Of a DNA stretch of 64,000 bases, positions 20,256 through 34,207 are shown in pieces (positions within the stretch are counted from its first letter, which is position 1; the number at the start of each line of letters is the position of its first letter). The stretch lies in NCBI RefSeq assembly GCF_009914755.1, contig NC_060928.1; one strand, given 5' to 3'. The notes under the pieces are model-generated. The model was not told where the DNA came from and did not search any database. It worked only from the letters and a program-made list of their open reading frames with translations. The position numbers and the translations under genes are program-made. The DNA comes from the human T2T-CHM13v2.0 reference genome, Homo sapiens.

Positions 20256-20903
20256 TAGAAGAAATAGCATTTCAAGTCTCCCGTGGAAATAAAACATAAC
20301 TGGCAGTAAAAATATCTAGGTTCTTTCATCGAAATTGACTAGAAGGCTCACGTGACCCACAGAGAGAAAGAAAAACAGTGTGGTGTGACAGCCGACCTGA
20401 CAGCCATATGAGGAAGGGGAACCCCCTACCCCTGGCCAAGGGAGGCAGTGAGTGGGCACAGTACCCAGCCGGGGAACCTGTGCTTTTTCCAGGGAACTGT
20501 GGAACCCACGGATTGGAAGATTCTACTCGTAAATCCACACCACTGGGGCCTAGCATCTCAACCCCAGAAAGTGCAGATTCTTACAGCCTTTCAGCTAGAA
20601 CCTACCTAACTCCCAGGAGGAGGGGTGACCAGCACCTGCTGCAGCTCCCTGCGGTGTAAGCCATTTGAGCTCCTTGGGGGAGGGGCAGCTGCCAGCACTG
20701 GGACTCACAGCTGCCTAACATGCTAAGCTCTCTGGGCGGGGGAAGGGCAGCACCCATTTTTATAGCTCCAGGTTGCACTTTTCCCCTGTTAGGGCCAGGG
20801 AAGCTTATGGCTTTGTCCAAAGATTTGCCCCCACAGCCCAACACACTGGCTGTGGCAGTCAGTGGCCAGAGTGCCTCTTCAGGTCTAACCCTGACCCATC
20901 ATT

Positions 20904-21302
20904 TAAAAACTAAAAGGCAGAAATGAAATCCACAGGCAGACACCCTGGCGCCATGCCCTAGGCCTGGTAGTTAAAGATGGACCCCTGACCTAACAGGTTA
21001 TGTTATCTATAGATTCCAGACATTGTATGGAAAAGCACTGTGAAAATCCCTGTCCTGTTCTGTTCCAATCTGATTACCAGTGCATGCAGCCCCTAATCAC
21101 GTACCCCGTGCTTGCTCAATCGATCACGACCCTCTCACACAGACCCCCTTAGAGTTGTGAGCCCTTAAAAGGCACAGGAATTGCTGACTCAGGGAGCTCA
21201 GCTGTTGAGACAGGAGTTCTTGCCAATATTCCCGGACGAATAAACCCCTTCCTTCTTTAACTTGGTGTCTGAGGAGTTTTGTCTGTGGCTCATCTTGCTA
21301 CA
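20904..21302 (+). mobile_element. LTR2-family (HERV-E/Harlequin) solo LTR, 5' end deleted, inside the L1 5'UTR
   Basis: taaaaactaaaaggcagaaatgaaatccacaggcagac...cttgctcaatcgatcacgaccctctc...aataaacccc...gtctgtggctcatcttgctaca. Confidence 0.88.
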
Positions 21303-22814
21303 GTAGTTCTGAGGGATCTGGGCAGCCCAAACAAATGTGTTTTCCCCCAGTGAAGCACAGGCTCTCCCCCAAGGGACAAAGTGCTTCGTTAAATGGGACC
21401 TATTCCCCGTGCCATCCAACTGGATGAGACACTCCAACCGGGGTTGTCAGACACCCTATACAGGAGCAATCTTACTAGCATCAGGTTGGTGCTCCTCAAG
21501 ATCAGAGGTCCCAAAAGAAGGAGAAGGCACCCATTTTTGCTGTTCTCCAGCCTCCTTAAATGACATCTCTGGGCATAGGAGTGAATAAGATGAAAAGGGC
21601 CTGAAATGAAACCCCAGAAAACTGCAGCAGACCTACAGAAGACGGACCTGATTATTGAAAGAAAAACAAGCAGAAAGCGACAACAAGAGCATCAACAACA
21701 AACACAAAAAAGGCCCCCACAAAAACCCCAGCCAAGGGTCAGCAGCCTCAAAGACTGAAACTAGACAAACTCATGAAGATGAGAAATAATCGGTGAAAAA
21801 ATGCTGAAAACCTAAAAGGCCAGAGTGCCTCTTCTTCAAATGATCGAAACATCTCTCCATCAAGGGCCCAGAACTGGATGGTGGATCAGATGGATGAATT
21901 TTCAGAAATAGGCTTCAGAAGATGGGTAATACAAAACTATGCTGAGCTAAAGTAGCATGATCTAACCCAATACAAAGAAGCTAAGAGCCTTGATAAAAGG
22001 AAGGAAGAATTGCTAACTAGAATAACCAGTTAGTGAGGAGTGTAAACGATCTGGTGGAGCTGAAAAACACAGCACAAGAACTTTACGAAGCATACACAAA
22101 TATCAACAGCTAAATTGTACAAGTGGAAGAAAGGATGTCAGAGTTTGAAGACCACCTTACTGAAATAAGACATGTAGGCAAGAATAGAGAAAAAAGAATG
22201 AAAAGGAATGAACAAAGCCTCCAAGAAATATGGAACTTCATAAAGGACCAAACCTATGATTGATTGAAGTACAAAAAGAAGAGGAGGAGAATGGAAAACA
22301 CACTTCAGAATATTAACCAGGAAAACTTCAGGAAATACAGAGAACACCATTAAGATATTCCATGAGAAGAGCAACCCCAAGACACATAATCATCAGATTC
22401 TCCAAGGTCGAAATGAAGGAAAAGCTGTTAAGCTCAGCCAGAGAGAAAGGCCAGGTCACCTACAAAGGGAAGGCCATCAGACTAACAGTGGCCCTCTCAG
22501 CAGAAACTCTGCAAGACTGAAGAGACTGGGGGCCAAAATTAAATATTCTTAAAGAAAAGATTTTTCAACCCAGAATTTCATATCCAGCCAAACTAAGCTT
22601 CATAAGTGAAGAAGAAATAATATCCTTTCCAGACAAGCAAATGACGAAGGATTTGGCTACCACTAGGCCTGCCCTGGAAGAGCTCCTGAAAGAAGCACTG
22701 CATATGGAAAGAAAAAACAGGTACCAGCCATTGCAAAAACACACCAAAATATAAACACCAATGACACTATGAAGAAGCTGCATCAACTAGTGTGCAAAAT
22801 AACCAAATAGCATC

Positions 22815-25800
22815 ATGATAACAGGATCAAATTCACAAATAACAATACTAACTTCAAATATAAATGGGCTAAATGCCCCAGTTAAAAGATGCAGACTGGC
22901 AAATTGGATAAGGAGTCAAAACCTATCAATGTGCTGTATTCAGGAGACCCATCTTAGGTGCAAGGACACAGGCTCAAAACAAAGAGATAGAGGAAAACTT
23001 ACCAAGCAAATAGAAAACAAAGAAAAAAAGCAGGGGTTGCAATTCTAGTCTCTGACAAAACAGACTTAAACCAACAAAGATCAAAAAGACAAAGAAGGGC
23101 ATTATATAATGGTAAATGGAATAATTCAACAAAAAGAGCTAACTATTCTAAATATATATGCACCCAAAATAGGAGCACCCAGATTCATAAAGCAAGTTCT
23201 TAGAGACTTACAAAGAGACTTAGACTCCCACAGAATAATAGTGGAAGGCTTTAACACACCACTGTCAGTATTAGACAGATCAATGAGACAGAAAATTAAC
23301 AAGGATACTCAAAACTTGAACTCATCTGTGGATCAAGTGGAGCTAGTAGATGTCTACAGAAGTCTCTACCCCAAATCAACAGAATATACATTCTTCTCAA
23401 TGTCACCTGACACTTATTCTAAAATCAACCACATAACTGGAAGTAAAGCACTCCTCAGCAAATTCAAAAGAACTGAAATCATAACAAACAGTTTCTCAGA
23501 CCACGGTGAAATAAATTATAACTCAGGATTAAGAAACTCACTCAAAACTACATAATTTCACAGAAATCGAGCAAGCTCCTCCTGAATGACTCCTGGGTAA
23601 ATAATGAAATTAAGGCAGAAATCAAGAAGTTCTTTGAAACCAATGAGAACAAAGAGACAACATACCAGAATCTCTGTGACACAGCTAAAGCAATATTAAG
23701 AGGGAAATTTCTAGCACTAAATGTCCATATCAGAAAGCTAGAAAAATCTCAAATTGACACCCTAACACCACAATTAAAAGAGCTTGAGAGGCAGAAGCAA
23801 GGTTATTCAAAAGCTAGCAGAAAACAAGAAATAATTAAGAGAAGAGAAGAACTGGAGGAGATAGAGACAGGAAAACCCTCAAAAAAATCAATGAATCCAG
23901 GAGCTGTTTTTTTAAAAAAATTAGCAAAATAGATAGACCACTACTAGACTAATAAAGAAGAGAGAGAAGAATCAAATAGACACAATAAAAATGATAAAGG
24001 GGATATCACCAATGACCCCACAAAAATACAAACTGGCATCAGAGAATATTATAAACACTTCTACCCAAATAAACTAGAAAATCTAGAAGAAATGGATTAA
24101 TTCATGGACGCATACACCTTACCAAGACTAAATCAGGAAGAAGTTGAATCCCTGAATAGACTAATAACAAACTCTGAAATTGAGGCAGTAATTATTTCCT
24201 ACCAACCAAAAAAGCTCAGGGCCAGAGCTGAATTCCACCAGAAATAGAAGGAGAGCTGGTATCATTCCTTCTGAAACTATTTCAAACAATTGAAAAGGTG
24301 GGACTCCTCCCTAACTCAATTTATGAAGCCAGCATCATCCTGATACCAAAACCAGGAAGAGACACAGCAACAAAACTTCAGGCCAATATCCCTGATGAAC
24401 ATCAATATGAAAATCCTCAATAAAATACGGGCAAATGAAATCCAGGGGCACATAAAACAACTTTTCCATCACAATCAAGTTGGCTTCATTCCTGGGATGC
24501 AAGGCCGGTTGAACATATACAAATCAATAAACGTAATTCATCTCATAAACAGAACCAAAGACAAAAACCACAGGATTATCTCAGTAGATTCAAAAAAGGC
24601 TTTTGATAAAATTCAACATCCCTTCATGTTAAAAACTCTCAATATACTAGGTATTGATGGAAAATATCTCAAAATTATAAGAGCTATTTATGTCCAACCC
24701 ACAGCCAATATCATATTGAATGGGAAAAAGCTGGAAACATTCCCTTTGAAAACTGGTACAAGACAAGAATGCCCTCTTTCACCACTTGCATTCAACATAG
24801 TATTGGGATTTCTGGCCATGGCAATCGGGTAAGAGAAAGAAATAAAGGGTATTCAAATAGGAAGAGAGGAAGTCAAGTTGTCTCTGTAGGCAGATGACAT
24901 GATTTTATATTTAGAAAACCCCATCTCTTCCAGCCCGAAAATTTCTTGAACTGATAAGCAAACTCAACAAAGTCTCAGGATACAAAATCAATGTACAAAA
25001 ACCACAAGCATTCCTTTACACCAACAATAGCAAGCAGAGAGCCAAATCATGAATAAACTCCCATTCACAATCACTACAAAGAGAATAAAATACCTAGGAA
25101 TGCAGCTAACAAAAGATTTTAAGAACCTCTTCAAGGGGAACTACAAACCACTACTCAAGGAAATAAAAGAGGACACAAGCAAATGGAAAAACATTCCATC
25201 CTCATGGATAGGAAGAATCAATATCGTGAAAATGACCATACTGCCCCCCAAAATTTATAGATTCAATGTTATTCCCATCACACTATCATTCACATTCTTC
25301 ACAGAATTAGAACAAAATATTTTAAATTTTATATGGAATCAAAGAAAACCTCGTATAGCCAAGACAATCTTACACAAAAAGAATAAAGCTAGAGGCATCA
25401 TGCTACCTGACTTCAAACTATACTACAAGGCTACAGTAACCAAAACAGCATGGTACTGGCACCAAAACAGACATATAGACCAATGGAGCAAAACAGAGAC
25501 CTCAGAAATAACACAACACATCTACAACCATCTGATCTTTGATAAACCTGACAAAAACAAGCAATGGGGAAAGGATCTCCTATTCAGTAAATGGTTCTGA
25601 GAAAACTGGCTAGCCATATGCTGAAAACTGAAACTGGACCCTTTCCTTACACCGTACACAAAATTAACTCAAGATGGATTAAAGACTTGATGTAAAATCC
25701 AAAACCATAGAAACCCTGGAAGAAACCTCAGGCAACACCATTAAGGACATAGGCATGGGAAAGACTTCATGACCAAAACACCAAAAGCAATTGCAACAAA

Positions 25801-26600
25801 AGCCAAAATTGACAAATGGGATCTAATTAAACTAAAGAGCTTCTGCACAGCAAAAGGAACTAGCATCATAGTGAACAGGTAACCTACAGAATGGGAGAAA
25901 GTTTTTACAATCTACCCACCTGACAAAGGTCTGTTATCCAGAATTTACAAGGAACATAAACACATTTACAAGAAAAAAAGTAACCCCATCAAAAAATGGG
26001 CAAAGGATATTAACAGACACTTCCCAAAGAAGATATTTACATTGCCAACAAACACATGAATAAAGCTCAACATCAGAGAAATGCAAATGAAAACCATAGT
26101 GAGATACCATCTCACGCCAGTCAGAATGGCAATTATTAGAAAGTCAGGAAACAATAGATGCTGGCAAGGCTCTGGAGAAAAAGGAACGCTTTTACACTTT
26201 TGGTGGGAATGTAAATTAGTTTAGCCATTGTAGAAGACAGTATGGCAATTTCTCAAGGATCTAGAACCAAAAATACCATTTGACCCAGCAATCCCATTAC
26301 TTAGTGTATACACAAAGGAATATAAATCATTCTACTCTAAAGACACATGCCCATGTATGTTAATTGCAGCACTATTTACAATAGTAAAGACCTGGAACCA
26401 ACCCAAATGCCCATCAATGATAGACTGGATAGAGAAAATATGGTACATATACACCATAGAATACTATGCAGCCACAAAAAGGAATGAGATCATGTCCTTT
26501 TCAGGGACACAGAAGAAGCTGGAAGCCATGGTCCTCACCAAACTAACACAGGAACAGAAAACCAAACCCTGCATATTCTTTCTCATAAGTGAGAGCTGAT
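22815..26600 (+). pseudogene. L1 ORF2 with many stops/frameshifts
   Basis: Fragments at 22815, 23109, 24395, 25049 and 26357; the RT motif reads ctg TAG gca gat gac (stop in place of F of FADD). Confidence 0.9.
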
Positions 26601-29600
26601 CATTAAGAACACATGGACACAGGGAGGGGAACGTCACACACCAGGGCCTGTTGGGGGTGGAGGGTGAGGGGAGGGAACTTATAGGACGACTCAGTAGGTG
26701 CAGCAAACCACCAAGGCACATGTATACCTATGTAACAAACCTGCATGTTCTGCACATGTATCCTGTTTTTGTTTTGAAGAAATAAAGAAAAAAATAAGGT
26801 TAATCCTACCTTGGGGTTTCTAACATGGTAGTGACAGGAACTTCCAGATGGGAGAAACAACCCTAGGTAACAGAACAATTTATTCAGCTATTAGTGCAAA
26901 GAAAGTGTATTTACCACTACCTTGATTTCCACACTCAATTCCAATCCCAATTGTAGTAGTATATTCACATTATTGTGATACTTTTTAAGGTATTCCTTCA
27001 ATTACACATAATCAAAAATAAGAGTCTTCATAATTACAGTATTGGGTAAGAATTAATACTCATTTGACAAAAATAAAAAAAAAATGATGTACTTCCACTT
27101 CTGTTAGGTTTGGTTTTGAATTGGCCCCTAGTTTCATTATCCCTTTCTTTCCATCAAGATATATATTTTCTATTCATACTAGTTGTTTCATTTGAAAAAT
27201 CAGGAAAATATTTGTAAATCAATAAGATTTTGCAGAGAGAAAATTTTGTCAGACTTTTGCATAGCCTTCTGGATGGATATGTTTATGCCATTTCTTTATC
27301 CCTGGGAGGAAAATTAAACAATAGTGAGAACATTCCATTATTGTCACTCTAAGTTTTCAGAATAAAGCTGAGGAGTTCTGAATTTATGAAAGAATGTTTT
27401 ATTCAAGAAACTCAAAAACTCTAAGTCTATTATGTAAAGTAGAAAGTAAGCTGAATAAACAGAGAAAGTTGAATTTCCACCCAGCCTGTCTAGTCTTCTG
27501 TTTTAAATACAGTCTTTACTTATGGGCCTTTTTCACATAGTGGTATGTGTTTTCATTGGACATTGATTACTATTATCGTAGGGCTAGTTTGGATCAAATC
27601 TCCTTCCCACAACAAATTTCCTATCAGAGCTAATGGGTTTGCAGCTCATTTATAATGATCATAGTGGCAGGAATTTAGCTGATATTTCCAAACACTCAAT
27701 AGGAGTGGTTTTTCCACTCTCCTGAGTGCCTCTCAGCTGCAGGTAAAGAATGATACAGCTGGATGAGAGAGCTAATTAGAGCCAATTATAGCTTGAGTGA
27801 CCAGCAACGGCATTAAAATGTCTGGCAGAATCTACCTTGTCCTTGTAACACAGAGGTTTTGTATCTTTACAAATACTGTCTTGGAACATTAAACATTTTG
27901 TAGAATTGCAGGTAATAAGCACTTAAATTTAATAATCAAAAGAAGCATTGCCAAAGTAATCCTGAAAGTAGGACTTCACTAGACAAAATTATACATTGAC
28001 TGCCAAAGTCATCTCAAAATTAACAGTAAATTTCAGATACTTAATGAGAAGCATTGAAGTTCTATAACAAATTTGAACTTAATGAATCCAGTGACCTGAA
28101 TTTAATTCAACATGTGTATTCATGTTTTCTCATATGAGACACATTGTCTTAGTATTTTGGAGGAGCTATTGGCAGTCTGTCTTAATTTTACTTTACTTAT
28201 TTTGTTCCAGTAGGATACACCAATCCTTTGATGAGTGGGAATGTTTTTGGATAACATTTTATTCCTATCCATTCAGTTCACAAGAATGTAGAACTTCATC
28301 TGGCCCTTGGAAAGTGGGGAAGGTTGTGTAGGCAGAAGAAGGGTCAAATCATTTTATCTTATATTTTTATAGCTTTTGTTTGAAAAAAATGATATGATGA
28401 CAAATAGAAGCAGAATACTTCTAAATATTAAATTAAAATTTTGAAGAGACACTGAAGCTATTACATTATATTTAAAATGCAGTTGTGCAAAATTATATTT
28501 TTAATCTACCTAATTATTCATCTGTTGTGAATATAGCTATCTCAAAAATTATAGTACTGTGTTCTATAATATCCAGATGTTCCAAATAATGATTAGAAGT
28601 AAACATGAGTACATTTTTGAAATATGTCTTTAAAGGGCTAAAAATTGAAAATATCATAAATAGGAAATACATAAAACCATTTTATAATATGCTTTATGCT
28701 TGAAAGGTGAATAGTAGGTATAGAAAATTATATGAGAAATTTCTACTGCTTAACTAGTTCAAAATTTAAAATGCAAAGCCTACATTTATTATAATTAGGT
28801 ATATTTATAATGCACCATTTTCTGAAAGTCATGGTAACAGTATATAGCCATAATTTATAAGGGAGTAATCAATAATTTCTGATAGGTTGAACACAGCAAA
28901 ATCAATTAGCATCTATATAGAAACAAAAATTGTTTTTCTGGTATGCATTTCTAAACAGCTTTAAAGACTACACGATGAAAATGCACTTCATGGAATTGTT
29001 CGTCCTTACTCAAATTCAATTCCAGTTATGACCCTGAGAGATGATTAGTAAATTCAACTTTTTAATTAGCATTTTGCATAATTCATTGAAATTATAATGC
29101 ACTCATGCATTTGATTGTCAAGGTGCAGATGTGCTAATATGAGGCTATAATTTTCTCATCTAAATAACACTTTTAGTAAAACCTCCAATTTCTCACAATT
29201 CTATTATATAAGACCTATTATTGCTCATTTTTAAAAAATGAGTTCAGTTGGATTTTGAAGTCAGCTTGTATTGTTACAATGGATTGCTCAGGATACTAAG
29301 GACCAAAATAAACTAACTTTTTAAAAAAAATTATTTATTCCATTTTGGTTAATACTACTTGATCACAGTTAAAACAACTTTTAAATGTACCAAGTAGACT
29401 TTATGGATTTATAAATTATATCCAAATAGACCCAAATAGAAATTATAAAATAAAAAATTAAAGGGATGCTGTTTTTTCATTTTATTTCTCTGAAGAAGTA
29501 TGGGCACAATAATCATAGACTCTTCACCACAGGATGTTCCGGTGAAATTAGCACTAAACCAAAAACACAGGCTTTTATTTAATGTGTGATTTCATGAGAT

Positions 29601-30905
29601 GAACCTTGGTACTTAAAAAAATAATTGATTGATATCTTTCTCAAAGCTTCCCAAAGTTTTCCCAAAGGTGTATCTATTTACATTGAATTTTAGTGCTTGT
29701 TTTCATATAAATCACAAGCTCCTATCCACTGGGCAGCTTTGCTTCATCAACTCTATAGAAAATGAGAAAAAAAGAAGTAAAATATGGAATGTGGCTGTTC
29801 AAAGAAATGGCAGGATGCACTAGAACATTGTTTTCTTTCTGTACACCAGACAGATTGTTAGAATGAATTAAATGTTTCCAAACGAGGTGAGAGAACTTGC
29901 AAACCAGAATTCCTGGCCGTGAGTCCTATTTACAAATGAGGTAAACTGCCTGGAATCAAGCAACCAAACACGTGATGGTTGCTGCCTACTCTGCCAGCAT
30001 AGATGTTTGTGCTGTCGGTCCTGAGAACACTGGCCAGCAAAATTGCTATTATTGCAAACATGTGTGGCAATGCTGAATGAGATTTCTAAGGAATTGTGTG
30101 GTAGAATGAATATTAGTGTTTGGGACAAATGCTTTCTTAGGACATAATTTAAAAAACACTTCCTACATTCCCGAACTCTGCTGTACAGAATGTTTATTAC
30201 ATGGATAGTAGTATAAAGAGACCACTGTGTTACTCCTGGCATGGCCTACATAAGTCCCTAGTAGGCAATCCCTCACAGCAATTTTATAGCATCTGGCTCT
30301 AGGTAGCTCATAAAACAAAGTGAAACATTGCAGTCATGGCAATGCTGATGAGCTGAGATTGGCTCATGTTGAGTTCCACTGTTGTACTTCCAAGTGGTAT
30401 TATACTGTGTCTCATGATTCTTTCATGCTAGGAAATTATTTTTTGTCTTTACTTATTAATGTTTGTATAAAAGATTGAAGTGACTGGCATATTTGTTTGA
30501 TAATACCTATGTTAACTTAAAATGTAGTGGATGAAGGTTCTAAAGTTCCCAGAAATTGCCAAGCATTTGGAAATAATCATTTTAAAAATGGTAATGTGGA
30601 ATTTTATTTTCAGAGGCTATGAAGGTTACTTCTAAATAAGAAAGAATTTGATAAAAACTATGCTTCTCCCTCCCCCAAATCTGTTTTCATGTAAAAGACA
30701 AATAAATGATGACTTCCCCCGCCCCGCAAAAAAAAAAATTTTTTTTTGAACTATGCTTCACTAAGACCTTAAGTGTAAGTTTACAATCCTAAATTGTATC
30801 TTAGGTGGACTTCCTAATTGAATTATTTGTATCATTTTCATGCATACATTCATTACTTTTAACTTCATTCAATGATTTTTATTTTTAATAATTATGTGAA
30901 AATCA

Positions 30906-31500
30906 GCAATGGTTAACTTTAGGTGTCAACTTGACTAGATTAAGGAATACTTAGATAGCTGGAAAAGTATTGTTTCTGGGTGTGTCTGGGGGGGTGTTTT
31001 TTGAGGAGATTGATATGTGAGTCAGTGGATTGAGTGAGGAAGATTCTCCCTCAGTGTAGGAAGGAACCATCCTATTTGGGGTTCCAGATGGAAAACAAAG
31101 TCAAAGGAAGGACAAACTATTGCTCTCTTTCTTGCTTCCAAAGCAAGAGGCTCTTCTATTCCTGCATTTGAATATCAGAACTCCAGTTCCTCCAGCTCTT
31201 GGACTCTGGGGCTCACAACAGCAGCTCTGTTTTGGGGCCTTTGACCTGGGACTGAATTCATACCACTGGATTGCCTAGACCAGGGAAGCCAGTTGGCATG
31301 GCTCAGTCCAAGTCTGACCACCTGAGGAATGCCTGGACTGAGCCATGCTACTGGCTTCCCTGGTCTCCAGCTTGCAGATGGCCTATCATGAGACTTCTCA
31401 GCCTCCATAATCATGTGAGCCCATTCCCCTAATAAATCTTCTCTAATGTAACTATCTCCATATCCTATATGTTCTACCTCCCTAGGAACCCTGACTAACA
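30906..31500 (+). mobile_element. MLT2 (MLT2C-like, ERVL) solo LTR
   Basis: atggttaactttaggtgtcaacttgactagattaagg...cccctaataaatc...aaccctgactaaca. Confidence 0.85.
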
Positions 31501-32469
31501 GTCATTAACCTTTAACAGTACATTTCAAACGATGAAGCTCTTCGGATTCCAAATATACTTAAGAAGACTTTCTAAATACCATTCAAATGAAAAGATAAAG
31601 CCAAAAATTTATAGTACCACTTAGAAATGAGGCCGAAATTTATGGGACATCATTGTAATATTTTCCTGATGAATATTTCCAGAAAAAATTTCATTTAAGG
31701 AGTGATTGCATTTTAAAAAGAAGATGCATGGAAGGAACAATGAGGATAACATGAAACACACTTGCAGCATATTGTGGTGTATATAAATTATACTCCCGGA
31801 CACTTCCTAGTTTGGTAACAAGTTTCATGTTCTCCAAGTTTCCTGTTAATCAGCAATGTTTGAAACAATTTGGTTGCTTCACTGTATAATGTTTCCAAGA
31901 AAACTAAAGCCTCACTAATGTACACATAGCTCTCAAAAGAAGACGTGTATATGCATTAGATTCCACTGTGGTTATATGAGCATCCTAGGACATTAAAAAA
32001 AGGAAATTACATAGAGAAGTCTCAGTGTGCTACTTTTTGAAGTCACGAAGAGCAAAGTAGTCTTCAGATTGACACGTGTGCACCATATCTGAATGATATA
32101 GTTAACTCCATCAGTCCTGTTATTAAGTTTTTCAGCTTTTGATATTTTTAATAAAAAGATTAGTCAATACTCTAATATTGTTCACTTTTTCACTTCATTT
32201 TTGTTTTGGTCATATGGTATTGAGAAGGATGAAGTTTTAGGTCAATCAATGGGAAGATAAAATAAAATATGAGGAGGAACAAAGAAATGCACAGAAAATT
32301 CCCAGCAGTTGATGAAGGAAAAAGTAATTGGGAAGTTATTCATAAGTGGTTAGCATTTCAGAAATCTCTGTGGCATTGCTTACTAACCCACATAATAGAT
32401 GAGATTAATAAGTATCCTGTTAATCAGCAGCAGCGCTATTATCATCATTAATAATATAAATGTTTTCCT

Positions 32470-33344
32470 TTTCTATTTCTTTTTCTTTTTTAAAAACTTT
32501 TAAGTTCAGGGTTACGTGTGCAGGTTTGTTATATAGGTACACTTTTGTCATGGGGTTTTGTTGTACAGACTATTTCTTCACTCAGATATTAAACCTAGTA
32601 ACTATTAGTTTTTTTTTCCTCATTTTCTCCCTCATCCAACCCTCCACTTTCCACCTTCCATTATGCCCTATGTGTTGTTCCCCGCTACATGTACATATGT
32701 TCTCATCATTTAGCTCCCTTTTATACATGAGAACATGTGATATTTGGTTTTCTATTTCTGCATTAGTTTGCTAAGAATAATGGCCTCCAGCTCCATCCAT
32801 GTCCCTGCAAAGACATGATCTCATTCTGTTTTTTTTTATGGCTGCATGATATTCCATGGTGTATATGTACCACAATTTCCTTATACAGCCTATTACTGAT
32901 GGGCATTTAAGTTAAGTTCATTTCATGTCTTTGCTATTATGAATAATGCTGCAATGAGCATACTCATGCATTTGTGTTTACAATAGAACAATTTATATTC
33001 CTTTGGGCATATACCCAACAATGGGGTGGTGGGACTAATGGTAGTTCTGACTTTAGGTCTTTGAGGAATTGTCACGGGGTCTTCCATGATGGCTGAACTA
33101 ATTTACACTCCCACCAACAGTGTATAAGCATTCCTTTTTCTCCACAACCACATCAGCGTCTGTTTTTTTTTTTTTACTTTTTAATAATAGCCATTGTGAC
33201 TGATGTGAGATGGTATCTCATTGTGGTTTTCATTATCATTTCTCTAATAATCAGTAGTGTTGAGCGTTTTTTAGTATGATTGTTGGCCACATGTATTTCT
33301 TCTTTTGAAAAGTGTCTGTTCATGTCCTTTGCCCACTTTTTAAT
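32470..33344 (-). mobile_element. L1PA13-15-like 3' fragment
   Basis: 3'UTR tttaagttcagggttacgtgtgcagg and ORF2 remnant [15 protein letters not shown]. Confidence 0.88.
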
Positions 33345-33526
33345 ATTCACATTTGCCGGAAAATCAGGTTTGGGGATAAGATAAAGATCATAAAATACAT
33401 ATTTAATGTGCTTAAAGAAATAAAATTTGAAGAAAGAATTCATGGATTGAAACATTAAACAGAAAAAAATTGTAGCAAAGATAAATAAAAATGGATAACT
33501 TGAAAAAAGTTAACAAGACATGTAGA

Positions 33527-33889
33527 TGTCTTAATCTGTGTCCCGTTGCTAAAACTGAATACTGCAAACTGATGATTTGTAGGAATAAATGTTGATTTGT
33601 TCATGGTTCTGGAGATGGAGAGTTCAAGAGCATGTTTCTGGTATCTAGTAAAAGATTCCTTGCTGTGTCAGAACATAATGAGGGAATCACATAGCAAGAG
33701 GCCAAGAGTGTGCCCATTCAGATTTCTCTTCCTCTTTTTACAAAGCCACTAGTCCTACCACAGGGGCTCCATTCTTATGATCTTGTCTAATTCTAATTAC
33801 CTCCCAAAGTCACCACTTCAAGTCAACATATAAATTTGAAGACTACATTCCCAACACATGGAATTTTGAGACATGCTTAAACCATAGAA
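33527..33889 (-). mobile_element. MST (MSTC/D-like) MaLR LTR
   Basis: tgtcttaatc...catggttctggagatggagagttcaagagcatg...taattacctcccaaag...aaaccatag. Confidence 0.75.
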
Positions 33890-34207
33890 ATAAATAATAG
33901 AATAAAAGTATAGTATGTATCTAATTAGTGTCTGAGAAGGGAAGAAAATTATGTATTGGGCCACTGAGATATACTGGCTGAGAAATTTTTAGAAATGTTA
34001 AAACCACAAATGGTCACTTAAAGGGGAGTACGTTGTACATCACGCATGATAAAGCAAAAATAAATAAATAAATATAAATCTTCATATAAAAATGTGGAGA
34101 TTTCAGGCCATAAAACCATTTTCAACCAATTTCTAAAATTTGATAACATAAAAATTATGTTATCCAAGCACAGTGAAATGTCTTTTTGTTTCCTGTGCTG
34201 TTTTGAA

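Noticed and set aside
29868-30242. 124-aa ORF in non-repetitive DNA
   Set aside because: No recognisable domain or coding-like composition; the length is compatible with chance.
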